NCBI GenBank assembly: GCA_963783575.1
Contig: CAWAOD010000004.1
Span: 96,001-160,000 of the forward strand
From: an uncultured Spirochaetota bacterium
Lineage (GTDB): Bacteria; Spirochaetota; Brevinematia; Brevinematales; JAOACQ01
Direction: 5' to 3'
Length of the DNA stretch: 64,000 bases
A program made the translations under genes and the position numbers. This document shows, one piece after another, positions 30,331 through 42,300 of the stretch (position 1 is its first letter; the number at the start of each line of letters is the position of its first letter). The notes beneath the pieces were generated by a model. It was not told the origin of the DNA and ran no database searches. It worked only from the letters and a program-made list of their open reading frames with translations.

Positions 30331-31272
30331 CTATACATTATCAGGCTTCACAAGATTGACAAGTTCTACCCGGTTGCTGACATTCAGTTTTTCATAAATA
30401 TGCTGGATGTGTTTTTTAACGGTATTTTCAGAAATGAAAAGCTCTTCGCCTATCCGCTGTTTGTTATAACCTTTGATGAGATATGAGATAATTTCCATTT
30501 CTCTTGCGGTAATGCCTCTTTTAAGCAAAATTTCAGGATTGCCGCCGTTTTTTTTAAGGCTCTTTTCCTGTTTAAAAGAAAAAAAAGATTTGAGAGAGTA
30601 AATTAAAAAGAAAGAATTCCATAAAAGATAAAACAAAAGCAGTATCAGCCAGTTTTTCAGGAAACTTTCCGAATAGTAATTCGCGGAAAACTTAAAAATA
30701 TTCCAGTAAATATCCATAATAACAAAACTGATAAAGAACATGATAATTATAATGATCATTCTCCTTATTTCCGGCGATTGTATTTTTCTGTAATAAAAAG
30801 CGGTTAATACCGCAGGATAAATTAGAGTTAAGAAAAATAGGCCGTTTATCATATTTTCATTTGGAATCAAAATAATATAACCGTTTTTTGCAGGTATCTT
30901 TGTGAAAATGGGTAATATTTCAAGAAAAACGACGGTTAAGGTTAATAATAAAAAAAGTATATTCCCGATTTTAATGAAAGGTACCGAGAGCAGCCTGTGG
31001 AAAAGGAAGGGCATTATAAAAATCAAAAGAAAAGAAAATTCTTTACCGGTAAAATAAAGAATAACCATAGACGTTGTTTCCATAGGGGAATTGATCCGGT
31101 AATAAAATAAGAAATTGTTAAGCATTAGCCGGACGGCAATAATCAAAAAAAAGAAGGCAATGTAAATCAGCATCCGGTTTTTATCCCTGAAATAAGCGGC
31201 GAGACAGAAAATTAAAGAAGCGACTCCAAGGGAAAACGATATAAAAAAAGAAAATATTATAAATAACTGCAT
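30331..31272 (-). CDS. membrane-anchored LuxR-family regulator
   Basis: About 7 TM helices then ITAREMEII..GYNKQRIGEELFISENTVKKHIQHIYEKL. Confidence 0.9.
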   Translation of the reverse strand: MQLFIIFSFFISFSLGVASLIFCLAAYFRDKNRMLIYIAFFFLIIAVRLMLNNFLFYYRINSPMETTSMVILYFTGKEFSFLLIFIMPFLFHRLLSVPFIKIGNILFLLLTLTVVFLEILPIFTKIPAKNGYIILIPNENMINGLFFLTLIYPAVLTAFYYRKIQSPEIRRMIIIIIMFFISFVIMDIYWNIFKFSANYYSESFLKNWLILLLFYLLWNSFFLIYSLKSFFSFKQEKSLKKNGGNPEILLKRGITAREMEIISYLIKGYNKQRIGEELFISENTVKKHIQHIYEKLNVSNRVELVNLVKPDNV

Positions 31273-31430
31273 AATTTTATCTTCAACCTTTCATATTTTA
31301 CCGGACTGCCGGATTAAAGTCAAACAGGAATATATACAAATAACCGATTTTAATTTCAGCCGATTCTTGCAAATAATCCTTTATTTATCTAACATATTTC
31401 ATTGCAGATTTATCGTAGAGGGGAAAATGT

Positions 31431-34400
31431 ATGCCCGCCGGATCGTTTTATTATGAAATCCATTCCAGAATATTGATGGAAAAACTGACTTTAAAAAGAA
31501 ATCCCACCGACTACCAATCTTACATTGAAACTTTCCGCGAATCGCTGGTCGACGCGAATCCGCACCAGATTGAGTCGGTAGTGTTCGCCCTCGAGAAGCT
31601 GGAATCCGGAGGCTGCATCCTGGCAGATGAAACGGGCCTGGGCAAAACCATCGAAGCCGGCCTTGTGATAAGCCAGTACAGGGCGATGAGGAAGTTTAAA
31701 ATTCTTATTCTGGTCCCGACTTCGCTGGCCGGGCAATGGAATAACGAGCTGAGGAAGCTTTTTCAGATTCCGTCATTGATTATTTCCACAAAAGACAGGG
31801 CCGGGAAAAGGCCTGAAGAATTTATGGATTTGTTAGGAAATAGCTCGGTCTGTATTCTTGGAAGGGAATTCGCGAGCAGGCTTGAAAAGGAAAAAATCCT
31901 CTCAAAAATAAACTGGGATTTGATTATTATCGATGAAGCGCATGAAATCTTTGCCTCAATTTATAAGCGTTTCAGTCCGAGAACGGGAGAATATCTCCAC
32001 GATTCCAGAGAAAGCGCGACCGCGGGATACCTTTTCGGGCTTCTTAAGAGAACCCCGCTGCTGATTTTGACCGCTACCCCGATCCAGAACAATCTTTTCG
32101 AGCTCTGGGGCCTGTCTTCTTTCATTCTACCTGAGTATAATAAGAGTTATCTCGGCCAGTTCAATCATTTCAGGGAGCTATTCATACAAAATAATGAAAT
32201 CCTGATTGATAAAATCCCCGAGCTTAAAGAAAGGACCGGGAACTTCATGATCCGCAACCTGAGGAACCAGGCCCAGGTCTTTATGGACTATAAATTTACC
32301 ATGAGGGAATGCCACACCCTTAATTTTCACATGTCCGATGAGGAAAAATCGATTTATAACAGTATTTCGAATTATTTCGACAGGGACGATATTTTCGCGT
32401 ACAGCCCGAATGGGATAATAGACCTGAAAAACGAAAAAAGGGCGGGCCTGCGGACGCTTCTCAAACTCAGTTACAGGAGGACGCTTGGAAGCTCGTTTAA
32501 AGCTCTGGCATCAAGTCTTAATAGCATAATCGAACGCCTTGAAAACATGAAAAGCGGCGTTTTCCCGATTGCCGGAACATTTGTTGAGACGGACGATCCC
32601 GGGAATGACGAGGAAGACAGGATTTCAACAGGGATAAACGTCGGTGGCCCGGATAATCTCAACTTTGATGATGAAACCGCCGGACAATCCTTTTCCGATA
32701 AACCGGATATTTCGGGGATAGAGGAAGAAATAAACCTGGTCAGATCATTCATTGATCTTGCGGGGGAAATTAGCGTTACTGGGAAGGATGAGCTGATTTT
32801 AAACACGCTGAAAGACCTGTTTAATAATAAAAATAAATTCTATCAGAAAGCCGTGATATTCACCACATACCGGGCGACTCAGCAGCATATAAGAGACATT
32901 TTTGAAAACGACGGCGAATTCATTAACAGTACGGTCCTGTTTTCTGGCGGTGGAGGAAAGACCGAAAGGGAAAAAGCGGATATTGAAGAAGCCGTAAGGA
33001 TCTGGAAGGAGGAAGCGGGAAATTCGATCCCGGAGGATGAAAGGCCGTCCGGGGAAGCTCTCGAAAGAACAGCCTTGGTTTATCTTTTCAAAATCAGAAA
33101 AAAGCTTTTCATTTCAACGGAAGCGGGCGCTAAGGGACTGAACCTCCAGTTCTGTAACATCATAATTAATTACGACCTGCCCTGGAATCCCCAGAGAATC
33201 GAGCAGAGAATAGGCAGGTGCCATAGATACGGCCAGGAAAGGGATGTGCTTGTTGTCAACTGCATCAACGCAGACAACGAAACGGAAAAGCGGATTCATG
33301 AAATCCTTTCGGGAAAATTCGACCTTTTCAGGAATGTTCTCGGCGCCGGGGATGACATCCTCGGAACTCTCAGTAAAGCCATAAATTTTGAGGCAAGGGT
33401 CAATGATATTCTGAATACTTTCAAAACTGAGAAAGACAGGCTGGATCAATTACAAAGATTTGAGGAAGAAATCAGCGACGAAATAAAAAAACTTCGGAAT
33501 GAAAAGCTTATTAAAGCCAGGGGACTGCTGAACGACCTTGACCCCAATGTAAAAAACAGGCTGAAAAATATCCGCGAAAAACTGCCGAAGGCTTTCAGCC
33601 AGTATGATAAGGATATGCTGGAACTTCTGAAAAATTACGCGGCCTCTTCGAGTAAGATTTTTGAAGAGACCGGGAAAACTGAAGACAGGATTTTTTTCAG
33701 GTTCGATAATGAAAATTACTATCTTGGAAAAATAGATGAGTTCAATATTACTGATTGCAGGCATATCAGCCTTAAAAGCGGAATCGTTTCCGGAGTTATG
33801 AATAAAATAAAGGGAAAAACCGATGGAATCTGCGGAAATATCGAATTCGATTATTCCAATTCGCCTGAAAAGAGCGGTATTTTGAAACCTTATCTGAACT
33901 GCCGGGGAAAATGGGACTTTTTCAGGGTGAATTTCTGCGGCCTTGAGGAGGAAGAGGTCCTCTATGATATTATTGTTATCGAAAGAGAGAACGGATTGTA
34001 CCGGCTGACCGCAGAGGAATCGGCCGCGCTTAAACGGATTGAATTTAATTTAAGAGCGGAATTCTCAAATCCTGTTTCATCAGGTATAATTGAGTTTCTT
34101 GAGGATACAGCAAAAAAAGATGAAATCAGGATACAGGAATGCCAGCAGCCCAGGCTTGATAAAAAACTTCATAATCTTGAAATAGAATTAAAGGACAGGG
34201 AAGATTACATCAGGAACCAGCTTAACGAGGCCCAGGTAAAAATCTCAGAACTGGACAAAAAAATCAGGACAACCACAAGCCGCGAAGACGGTCAGAAATT
34301 GATCAAAGAGCGTGAAATTCTTCAAAAGCGTATCGCAAAGCATGAGGAAGATATTCTTGATTTTAAGCGGGATTTCCGGAAGATTTACGACGAAGAAGAA

Positions 34401-34475
34401 AACAATCTTATTTCAAAACGTTTTATAGACAAAAAGGCAGAAAAAATATTCTCGCTGGATTTTATTATCAGGTAA
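31431..34475 (+). CDS. SNF2-family (SF2) ATPase/helicase with C-terminal coiled coil
   Basis: NPHQ, LADETGLGKT, IDEAH, LTATP, STEAGAKGLNLQ, QRIGRCHRYGQ. Confidence 0.92.
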   Translation: MPAGSFYYEIHSRILMEKLTLKRNPTDYQSYIETFRESLVDANPHQIESVVFALEKLESGGCILADETGLGKTIEAGLVISQYRAMRKFKILILVPTSLAGQWNNELRKLFQIPSLIISTKDRAGKRPEEFMDLLGNSSVCILGREFASRLEKEKILSKINWDLIIIDEAHEIFASIYKRFSPRTGEYLHDSRESATAGYLFGLLKRTPLLILTATPIQNNLFELWGLSSFILPEYNKSYLGQFNHFRELFIQNNEILIDKIPELKERTGNFMIRNLRNQAQVFMDYKFTMRECHTLNFHMSDEEKSIYNSISNYFDRDDIFAYSPNGIIDLKNEKRAGLRTLLKLSYRRTLGSSFKALASSLNSIIERLENMKSGVFPIAGTFVETDDPGNDEEDRISTGINVGGPDNLNFDDETAGQSFSDKPDISGIEEEINLVRSFIDLAGEISVTGKDELILNTLKDLFNNKNKFYQKAVIFTTYRATQQHIRDIFENDGEFINSTVLFSGGGGKTEREKADIEEAVRIWKEEAGNSIPEDERPSGEALERTALVYLFKIRKKLFISTEAGAKGLNLQFCNIIINYDLPWNPQRIEQRIGRCHRYGQERDVLVVNCINADNETEKRIHEILSGKFDLFRNVLGAGDDILGTLSKAINFEARVNDILNTFKTEKDRLDQLQRFEEEISDEIKKLRNEKLIKARGLLNDLDPNVKNRLKNIREKLPKAFSQYDKDMLELLKNYAASSSKIFEETGKTEDRIFFRFDNENYYLGKIDEFNITDCRHISLKSGIVSGVMNKIKGKTDGICGNIEFDYSNSPEKSGILKPYLNCRGKWDFFRVNFCGLEEEEVLYDIIVIERENGLYRLTAEESAALKRIEFNLRAEFSNPVSSGIIEFLEDTAKKDEIRIQECQQPRLDKKLHNLEIELKDREDYIRNQLNEAQVKISELDKKIRTTTSREDGQKLIKEREILQKRIAKHEEDILDFKRDFRKIYDEEENNLISKRFIDKKAEKIFSLDFIIR

Positions 34476-34485
34476 GGAAAGATAT

Positions 34486-35670
34486 ATGGAATTTATTCAT
34501 ACGGCCGACTGGCACATCGGCAATAGCTTCGGCAATTTCGAAAGGGAAAAGAGGGAAGAACTTCGTGAAGCCGTCGTTTCGGCTGTCAGGAATATTTTTA
34601 TTTTCGCTGAAAAAAATAAAATACCGCTTATCCTTGCGGCAGGTGACAATCTTGACACAAGCCTGACCGCGGACGGGAAACATCTTTTCAGGATGCTTGA
34701 AATTATCAGAAATTACCCGGATATTCAAGTTATAATGATCGCCGGGAACCATGACCCGCTGGTTTATAACAATATTTACCACAGCATAGAAAAGTCTAAT
34801 TATCCCGGGAACCTGCATTTTGTCCGTAATGATAAGGAAGTAATCGACCTGAAAGAATTCGGCATAAAAATCATCGCCGGTTCTTTAAAGGAAAAAACCG
34901 GGAATTTCAGCCCTCTTTCCCGGATCGAACATTCCGATATCGATGAAAGCATAATCAATGTCGGGCTTTTCCATGGAAGCATTAAAAACGCGCAATTCGG
35001 AGACAATTCATTTCCGATTGACGCGGACTCGGCGGAAAAATTCGGGCTTGATTACCTTGCTCTCGGGGACTGGCATTCTTACAACAGGATAAACGAAAGG
35101 ACATATTACCCCGGATGCCCGGAATGTCTACAGTTCGGGGACGAAGGCTATCCGCTGAAGGTTACGATTAAGGAAAGGGGATTTGTGCCGCAGGTTGAAA
35201 AGATCACCGGAATAAGCAACATGAAATGGAATTCCATTAATGAAACTGTTTCGGACGATTCTTTCCAGGAATTCTCAAGGCGTTTTAAGGATATTCCATT
35301 GAGAGAAATTCGAAAAGCGGAAATTACAGGCTTTTTATCCCCTGCTTGCTATAAAGCCTATAAGGAAATTCTGGCGATGTTCGGCGATAGATATTTTGAA
35401 ATTGAGGACAGGGTTCATTTAAAGCCCGATGAAAATCAAATTCTTGAATGCACGGATGATATTCTCATAAAAAATATCATTAAAAGATTGTTCGCTTTGA
35501 AATCGGGTGAAACGGCTTTTCCTGATGAGATCAGGGACGGACTGATACCCGGGCTGGTTGAAAGACCTGCCGTCATGAATAAAATAGATGACATAAAGAA
35601 CAGCAATATCGCAGAAAGGGCGTTGATGAAAATATTTAAACTTTTGAAAGAAGATTCCGGAGGATTTTAA
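34486..35670 (+). CDS. Mre11/SbcD (YhaO-like) metallophosphoesterase nuclease
   Basis: HTADWHIG, AGD, GNHD, FHGS, YLALGDWH, YPGCPE. Confidence 0.9.
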   Translation: MEFIHTADWHIGNSFGNFEREKREELREAVVSAVRNIFIFAEKNKIPLILAAGDNLDTSLTADGKHLFRMLEIIRNYPDIQVIMIAGNHDPLVYNNIYHSIEKSNYPGNLHFVRNDKEVIDLKEFGIKIIAGSLKEKTGNFSPLSRIEHSDIDESIINVGLFHGSIKNAQFGDNSFPIDADSAEKFGLDYLALGDWHSYNRINERTYYPGCPECLQFGDEGYPLKVTIKERGFVPQVEKITGISNMKWNSINETVSDDSFQEFSRRFKDIPLREIRKAEITGFLSPACYKAYKEILAMFGDRYFEIEDRVHLKPDENQILECTDDILIKNIIKRLFALKSGETAFPDEIRDGLIPGLVERPAVMNKIDDIKNSNIAERALMKIFKLLKEDSGGF

Positions 35671-35671
35671 T

Positions 35672-38600
35672 ATGCGTATCTCCAGGATTGAACTGGAAAA
35701 CTGGAAGGGGATTCAAAAGGCGGCTATTGATATCGGCCAGGGAATAAACCTGCTGTCGGGCAGAAACGAGATCGGGAAATCAACCATAATAGAAGCCGTC
35801 AGGCTTTCAATTCTTGGCGACACAAAAAGCGATAAAAAGGATTTGTATAATTTTGTTCCATGGGGAACGAGCGTTAAAGCCGCTGTTAAGCTCACATTTC
35901 TTACCGGAGCAGGCCGGGAATACCGTATTGAAAAATCTTTCCCGAAGGGAATCGCGAATTTTTATGAAAACGGCAGGATAGTTTCCGATGATATGAAAAA
36001 AACCAGGGAAAATATATTCCGGACCCTGAACATAAATGAAAATCTGGAAAGTATTTTCAACCTCCTTATCATCGAGCAGGGAAAAGCCTTGAATATTATC
36101 ACCGAACCGGATAAAATCATCGGCCCCGATTTCAGGAATTTTATCGGTGACTCTATCACAGAAACACTGATGCAAAATATCCAGCGCCTGGAAAACGTAT
36201 TGAATGAAGAATATAAAAAAATCTTTACCGATGGAGGCGTTTTGATAAAAGGCCAGAAGGCTTCCGAATTTTATAAAGCACTGCAGGATGAAGAAAGCTT
36301 AAGGAATTTCATTGAGAAACTGAAATCGGAAAAAATGCTGTTGGATGATAAAATAGAACAGCTTAAAAAAATTGATGAAAAGCTCTATGATATCAAAAAA
36401 GAAGAAGAAGACCTTAAAAATAAAATTGAACAATACAGGAAGAAAGAAAGAGCTTTGATTGAATTTGAGAGAGAAAAGCTGATATATCAGCAAATAGAGG
36501 AAAAATACCGGGATTATAAACGGACCGATAATGAAATCGAAATAATCAGGGATCAGGAACTGCCGAAATGGGAGGGTTTCAGAAAAAGTCTTCTGGATAT
36601 TTCCGGAATTAAAATTGAAGAGGCAAATCGGGATAAAAAAGCGTATGAACTGGAACTTGAGCAGTTGAAAAATAAGAAAGCTGTTCTCGATCAATTGCAG
36701 AACGAAAAAAAAGATTTTGAGCTGATGAAGGAAAAACTGCAGGATTTGGAGAATATTAGAAAGGAAAAGGCGATAATTCGTGATAATCTTCCTGAGCTTC
36801 TTCTGCAGAACCGTTATTCAAACAGAAAACAGGCTGAGGATATTATAAAAAAGCTGGAAAACAATACGAAAATGAGTGAAAATATCGATTGTTTGCAGAA
36901 AAAACTTCTGGAAAGAAAGGATATTATTAAAAAGGATGTCGATTCGGCAAAGATTTTAGAAAAAGATATCAATTCAATCAAAACAAGGCTCGAAGCTTTC
37001 AAATCCAGGCTGAATCTAAGCCTTTCAATCACATCGCTTGAAAATAAAGAACTGGATTTCAAAATAAAAAAAGATGAAGATGATTACCGGAATTATCATA
37101 TCGATAAACCGGCCGATTTTAAGGATTTCAGTAAAATTTCCCTGCAGTACAATGACGATTTTATGCTGGATTTTCAGGGAGAATTAACCGGCGCGGATAT
37201 CAAAGGCCAGCAGAACCTCCTGAAGGATAAAAACCGGGAACTGAATAACGTTCTGGAAAAATACGGAACTGACTCGTTTGAAAATCTTGAGAAAATCTAT
37301 CAGGAGCAGGAAATTTTAAAAAAAGAAATTGTTGAAATGACTAAAAATTTAATACAGCCGGGAGATATTCGGAAATTGAACTATGATAAAATCGAACTGG
37401 ACCAATTCCTGAAGAGAAATATTGATGAAGAAATAAGTAAAATACCCGAATTAAAAGATCGTATTTTAACTTACCGGCCCGAAATGGATTTACCTGGAGC
37501 CAGGGACTCGCTGATCAAATTAACCGGTGAAAGGGACCATCTAAAGGATCAGGAAAAGAAACTTTTGCAGAATGAGACATATGATGATTTCATTAAGCAT
37601 TTTGACAGGATAAAGCAGGAAATCGCATCGCGGGAACAGAATCTAAGCGCTTTGGAACCTGAAAGTCTTACGGAAGTCACCCAAAAAGATATAGATCGAA
37701 AAAATGAGGAAATAGTCCGCCAGGCAAATATAATTAATAAATTAATCGATAATAAGAATCTTCTTGAAAAAACTGATACTAAATGTATATGCATGGATAA
37801 CGGGGGCATTCCATGTCCGGATGAGCTGCAGGTCAGGGATAAAATTAACGAATTCATAATAAAATTATCGACTGCTGAAAAGCATATGAAAGAAGAAATT
37901 CTAAAAGACATCACAAAAGAAGAATTGATAAATCAGCGTACAGATAAAACAAATCTTATCAATACTAAAGCAATTGAAATAAAAGAAATGCCGCCTGTAT
38001 ATTTCAGTGAATCGAAAAGTTTAACGAATGCGATTAAAAATCTGGAAACTTTACTTAATTTGAAGGTTTCGGAAATCAGGAAAAGTGAAAAGGAAAAGAC
38101 TATCCTTGAAACCGAGATTAAAAATTCGGGCAGTTTAGATGACGAAATAAACGAAAAAGAATATGCTTACCGTAAGCTGGTTGATGTGATTGAAGATAAA
38201 TATGCGGACTTATGCTCTTTAAAGCTGCTGCTTCGGATAATTCATGAGGAAAAGGAAAAGGCTGAAAGCGATGTTTTCCGTCCTGTCAGGGACAGGATGT
38301 CGCAGATGTTTTCAAAGCTGGTTTCCGACAGGTATTCTCTAAATATCGGAAACGACCTGAACCTCGCTTTATCAGTGAAGACGATAGACAACCGGGAATT
38401 GGAAAATATTCAGGATTTTGTGTCTTTCGGAACGAAAGAGCAATTGTCCTTCCTCTTCAGGCTTTCTATTGCAGAAACATTGTCACAGGCTGAAACGCAG
38501 TTTATGGTCCTCGACGATTCCTTTGTGAATACTGATAAATTCAGAATGAAGGAACTTTTGAAAATCATGGCTCAATACAAAAACAGGATCCAATTTCTTA

Positions 38601-38683
38601 TCTTTACCTGTAGGCCCGAGGATTACAATGATTTTGAAGGGGAAATAAATCGGGTTGATCTTGAGAAATTGATTGAAAAATAA
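35672..38683 (+). CDS. Rad50/SbcC (YhaN-like) SMC-type ATPase
   Basis: GRNEIGKST, long coiled coil, VSFGTKEQL signature, MVLDDSFVNTD, IFTC. Confidence 0.88.
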   Translation: MRISRIELENWKGIQKAAIDIGQGINLLSGRNEIGKSTIIEAVRLSILGDTKSDKKDLYNFVPWGTSVKAAVKLTFLTGAGREYRIEKSFPKGIANFYENGRIVSDDMKKTRENIFRTLNINENLESIFNLLIIEQGKALNIITEPDKIIGPDFRNFIGDSITETLMQNIQRLENVLNEEYKKIFTDGGVLIKGQKASEFYKALQDEESLRNFIEKLKSEKMLLDDKIEQLKKIDEKLYDIKKEEEDLKNKIEQYRKKERALIEFEREKLIYQQIEEKYRDYKRTDNEIEIIRDQELPKWEGFRKSLLDISGIKIEEANRDKKAYELELEQLKNKKAVLDQLQNEKKDFELMKEKLQDLENIRKEKAIIRDNLPELLLQNRYSNRKQAEDIIKKLENNTKMSENIDCLQKKLLERKDIIKKDVDSAKILEKDINSIKTRLEAFKSRLNLSLSITSLENKELDFKIKKDEDDYRNYHIDKPADFKDFSKISLQYNDDFMLDFQGELTGADIKGQQNLLKDKNRELNNVLEKYGTDSFENLEKIYQEQEILKKEIVEMTKNLIQPGDIRKLNYDKIELDQFLKRNIDEEISKIPELKDRILTYRPEMDLPGARDSLIKLTGERDHLKDQEKKLLQNETYDDFIKHFDRIKQEIASREQNLSALEPESLTEVTQKDIDRKNEEIVRQANIINKLIDNKNLLEKTDTKCICMDNGGIPCPDELQVRDKINEFIIKLSTAEKHMKEEILKDITKEELINQRTDKTNLINTKAIEIKEMPPVYFSESKSLTNAIKNLETLLNLKVSEIRKSEKEKTILETEIKNSGSLDDEINEKEYAYRKLVDVIEDKYADLCSLKLLLRIIHEEKEKAESDVFRPVRDRMSQMFSKLVSDRYSLNIGNDLNLALSVKTIDNRELENIQDFVSFGTKEQLSFLFRLSIAETLSQAETQFMVLDDSFVNTDKFRMKELLKIMAQYKNRIQFLIFTCRPEDYNDFEGEINRVDLEKLIEK

Positions 38684-38796
38684 CGCATTATTTCAATATT
38701 TACATTTCCGGACACCAATTTTGATAAATTATATCTTACTTATTATAATTAAGATATCGGTTTTTTAACAACAATTATTTGAATTTGGAATTTATA

Positions 38797-39105
38797 ATGC
38801 CGGAAAAAGATTATATTGAATATTTTACTGATATTATCAGAATGATTGTATATTTCTACTCTGATAAAAATGATATCTTAAATTTTGTTGTAAAACTTGA
38901 GTTTTTTTATTTAGCTGAATGGAAAGAAGTTGAAAGATATGATTGTTTTCATGAAATTGTTCATAAAGATATATTTAATATTAGAGGAGTAAAGAAAAGA
39001 GTTATTAAATATGAAGCAGTTGATCAAAAAGCTGGTTTGAATATGGCTGTATTAGATTTTAAGGAAAATTACCAATATTATATATGGAGGTTCATTAATG
39101 ATTAA
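38797..39105 (+). CDS. small protein with RYDxxHxxxH motif (putative toxin, DUF6516/TumE-like)
   Basis: WKEVERYDCFHEIVHKD; AT-rich; overlaps the next small gene. Confidence 0.5.
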   Translation: MPEKDYIEYFTDIIRMIVYFYSDKNDILNFVVKLEFFYLAEWKEVERYDCFHEIVHKDIFNIRGVKKRVIKYEAVDQKAGLNMAVLDFKENYQYYIWRFIND

Positions 39106-39280
39106 AAAGAGAAATATGACAAATGCCGAATGGGCAGATAAATTTTTAAAAAAGCAGGGCTTGAGGGAATTAACCGCTGAAGAGCGGAATTCTCCTGAGT
39201 TCAAGAAATCGCTGGATAATACGAGACTTTATTTAAATGAATTGGAGACTAAATATTTTAAAAGTAAGAAAAATAAATGA
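39098..39280 (+). CDS. 60-aa hypothetical protein (putative antitoxin)
   Basis: GGAGG RBS; 8-nt overlap with the upstream small gene. Confidence 0.5.
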   Translation: MIKKRNMTNAEWADKFLKKQGLRELTAEERNSPEFKKSLDNTRLYLNELETKYFKSKKNK

Positions 39281-39310
39281 AAAATAGTATATCCCGCCTT
39301 TGGAGACATC

Positions 39311-42300
39311 ATGCCGTTTTATCTATATAAAGCCTCGGCCGGTTCCGGCAAAACATATACGCTTGTCCGTGAATACATTGCAGAGCTTATACAAAACCCC
39401 GGAAAGTTAAAGCATATTCTCGCCGTTACTTTTACAAACAAAGCGGCAGGCGAAATGAAAGAAAGGATTTTGAAAGCCCTCAAAAGCCTTTCCGCAGGCA
39501 ATGAAAGCCATTTGATGCTGGATTTGAAAGCCCGCTTTCCCGGCCTTGACGTTGAATTCAGGGCCGGCGGGATACTTCAAAAGATTCTCCACCATTACTC
39601 GGATTTTCACATCATGACCATCGACAGTTTTACTTACAGGATCATACGGAGCTTTGCCCTTGAACTTGGTCTTTCTTCACGTTTTGACGTTGATTTGAAG
39701 CCTGAGAATATTATGGCTAAGGTTGTTGACAGGATTTTAGGCATGGCCGGTATTAATCAGTACATTACCGATATCCTGCTTAAGTTCCTCTTTTCCAGGC
39801 TTAGCGGCTCAAGGGGATGGAATATTGAGCGCAATATGCTTAAAATCGGTAACGATTTCATTAAAGAACAGAATTACCGGTTTATTGACAGGCTTTCACG
39901 CGCGGATAACAATGATATGTTTGAATTGATCAACGGACTTGATAAATCGATAAATTCATTCAGAAATATTATGAAGGAAATGGGAGAAAAAGCGCTGGTG
40001 TTAACACAAAAATCCGGGTTGAAAAAGTCCGATTTCGCCTACCAGGGAAGCGGGAATTACTCGTACTTTGAGAAAATTGCCGGAAGATGCGCCAGCGATG
40101 ATTATAAACCAGGGAACAGGGCCACTGAAGGAAAATGGTACAAAAAAGATTCTTCCTCTGATATAAAAGAAAAGTTTGAACAACTCCCGGAACAGGAACT
40201 TAACGGAATTGTTGCTGATATATGCCGTTACCTTGACGATGAAGGTAATTATAAAAAGTTTATCACAGATACTTCAATTTATGAAAATATCCATACCCTG
40301 GCTTTGATCGATATTATAGTCAAATACCTTGATGATTATAAAAAAAAGAACAATGTAATACCGGTAAGCGATTTTAACAGGAAAATCGCAGGCCTTATGG
40401 AGATTGAAACCATTCCCTTTGTTTTTGTTATGGCCGGCGAAACATTCACCAATTTCCTTCTTGACGAATTCCAGGATACCTCCAGGCTTCAGTGGGAAAA
40501 TATCTATCCCCTGCTCGAAAATTCTCTGGCTTCAGGGTTTTCAAACCTTGCCGTCGGCGACGGAAAACAGGCCATTTACAGGTGGAGAAACGGGGATGTG
40601 GAAATTATGGAAAACGATATCCCCGCCAGGATTCCGGAAGAAAAGCTTGATATAAAGAATCTTTCCGGTAATTACAGAAGCGCGGCGAATATTGTGGATT
40701 TTAATAACAAATTTTTTGAATCGGCTGCCGGGATATTAAAAAAGGATAACATTCTTATCGAAGGGATTTACGCAAACCTGGCCCAGACGGCAAACGGAAA
40801 TAAAAACAGCGGCTATGTACGCGTTGAATTTTTAAGCACGGATGATGTATCGGGTTACCCGGAACTAATCGCCGGTAAGATAGCCGCAATAATTGATAAT
40901 TTAAAGAACTTCGGTTATTCATACAGGGACATTGCCGTCCTGGTGCGGAAAAAAGACGAGGGAAGCGAGATAGCCGGGCTTCTGCTGGAAAGAAACATTC
41001 CGATAATCTCGCCGGATTCCTTATTGATAGGACAGACCGCCGTTATAAGGTTTATTGTATCATGCTTTACTTTTCTGATCAGTAAATACGACCAACTTTT
41101 GAAAGCCGGACTTTATTACCAGTACATCAGACTTCTTGACTGCGAGCCTGGCTTGAAAACCAGACTTCGCGGGGAAGCTGACCGGATTATAATCAATAAA
41201 GATAGGATAAATGATAAAGCCAGCCCGCTTTATATAATCGAGTTATTTTTAGAGAAAACAGCTTTTTTAACCAATCTTCCTTTATATGATCTTATTGAAG
41301 AAATCATACGCCATTTCGGTTTGAATAAACTTGCCGGCGGAGGTTTAAACGGTTATCTTGTACAGTTCCTCTCGATCATTTCCGGGTTTTCGGGAAGCGT
41401 GAACGGGAACATTTCAGATTTTCTGGAATGGTGGGAAGAGAATTCCGATTCCGCGGCCGTATCCATGGACGATAACGCCGATGCCGTTAAAATAATGACC
41501 ATACATAAATCGAAGGGGCTTGAATTCCCAATCGTCATAATACCTTACGCGGATTGGGAGTTTTATCATAATAACGATCTGTACTGGCTGAACCTTGATA
41601 ATCCTGAGCCGAACCGTCCCGGTTTTGATCTGGTTTTCCCTGTAACGGCGTCAAAAAAACTGCTGGAATCCGGTTTTAAAAACGCATACCTGAGAGAAAA
41701 GGAAAAAAATATACTGGATAATTTAAACCTCCTCTATGTCGCTTTCACAAGGGCTATGGATGAATTATACGTCTTTTGCCCTGAAAGTATAGTTAAGGAA
41801 GAAGATGAAGAAATTAAAAACATATCACGGACAATCAAAACCGCTTTAAGTTCGGGCTTTGGCAATGAAATACCGGCTGAATCATATATATCCGGAAGGC
41901 ACACATTAAAATCCGGTGATGGTGAAACTGTTCAAGCCGGTAATGAAGCGCCTGAATTTATATCAAATCCCTGGGTCAAAAAAGTCACGGTCCTTAAAAA
42001 CTCGAAAGACAGGATGCTTGTCAGGGCCGATTCCGGTAAAATAGAGTGGGGCAACCTGCTTCACAATATGCTTTCCGGGATAAAAAGTATTGAGGAAATA
42101 AACCCTGTAATAGAAAAATACAGTGATTCCGGCCAGATTCCGGCAGAGCTTAAGGAAAAGGCATTTGAAGAAATCAGGACAATATTTGAAATTCCACGGG
42201 TTAAAGATTGGACGGACGGAAGCTATGCGATAAAAAGCGAATCGACTGTAATCACGCCGGAAGAAGTAATAAGACCCGACAGGATTTTTATTAAAGGCGA

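Noticed and set aside
31431..34475. SNF2 as part of DISARM, BREX or type III RM
   Set aside because: No methyltransferase, DrmA/B, PglZ or Res gene nearby
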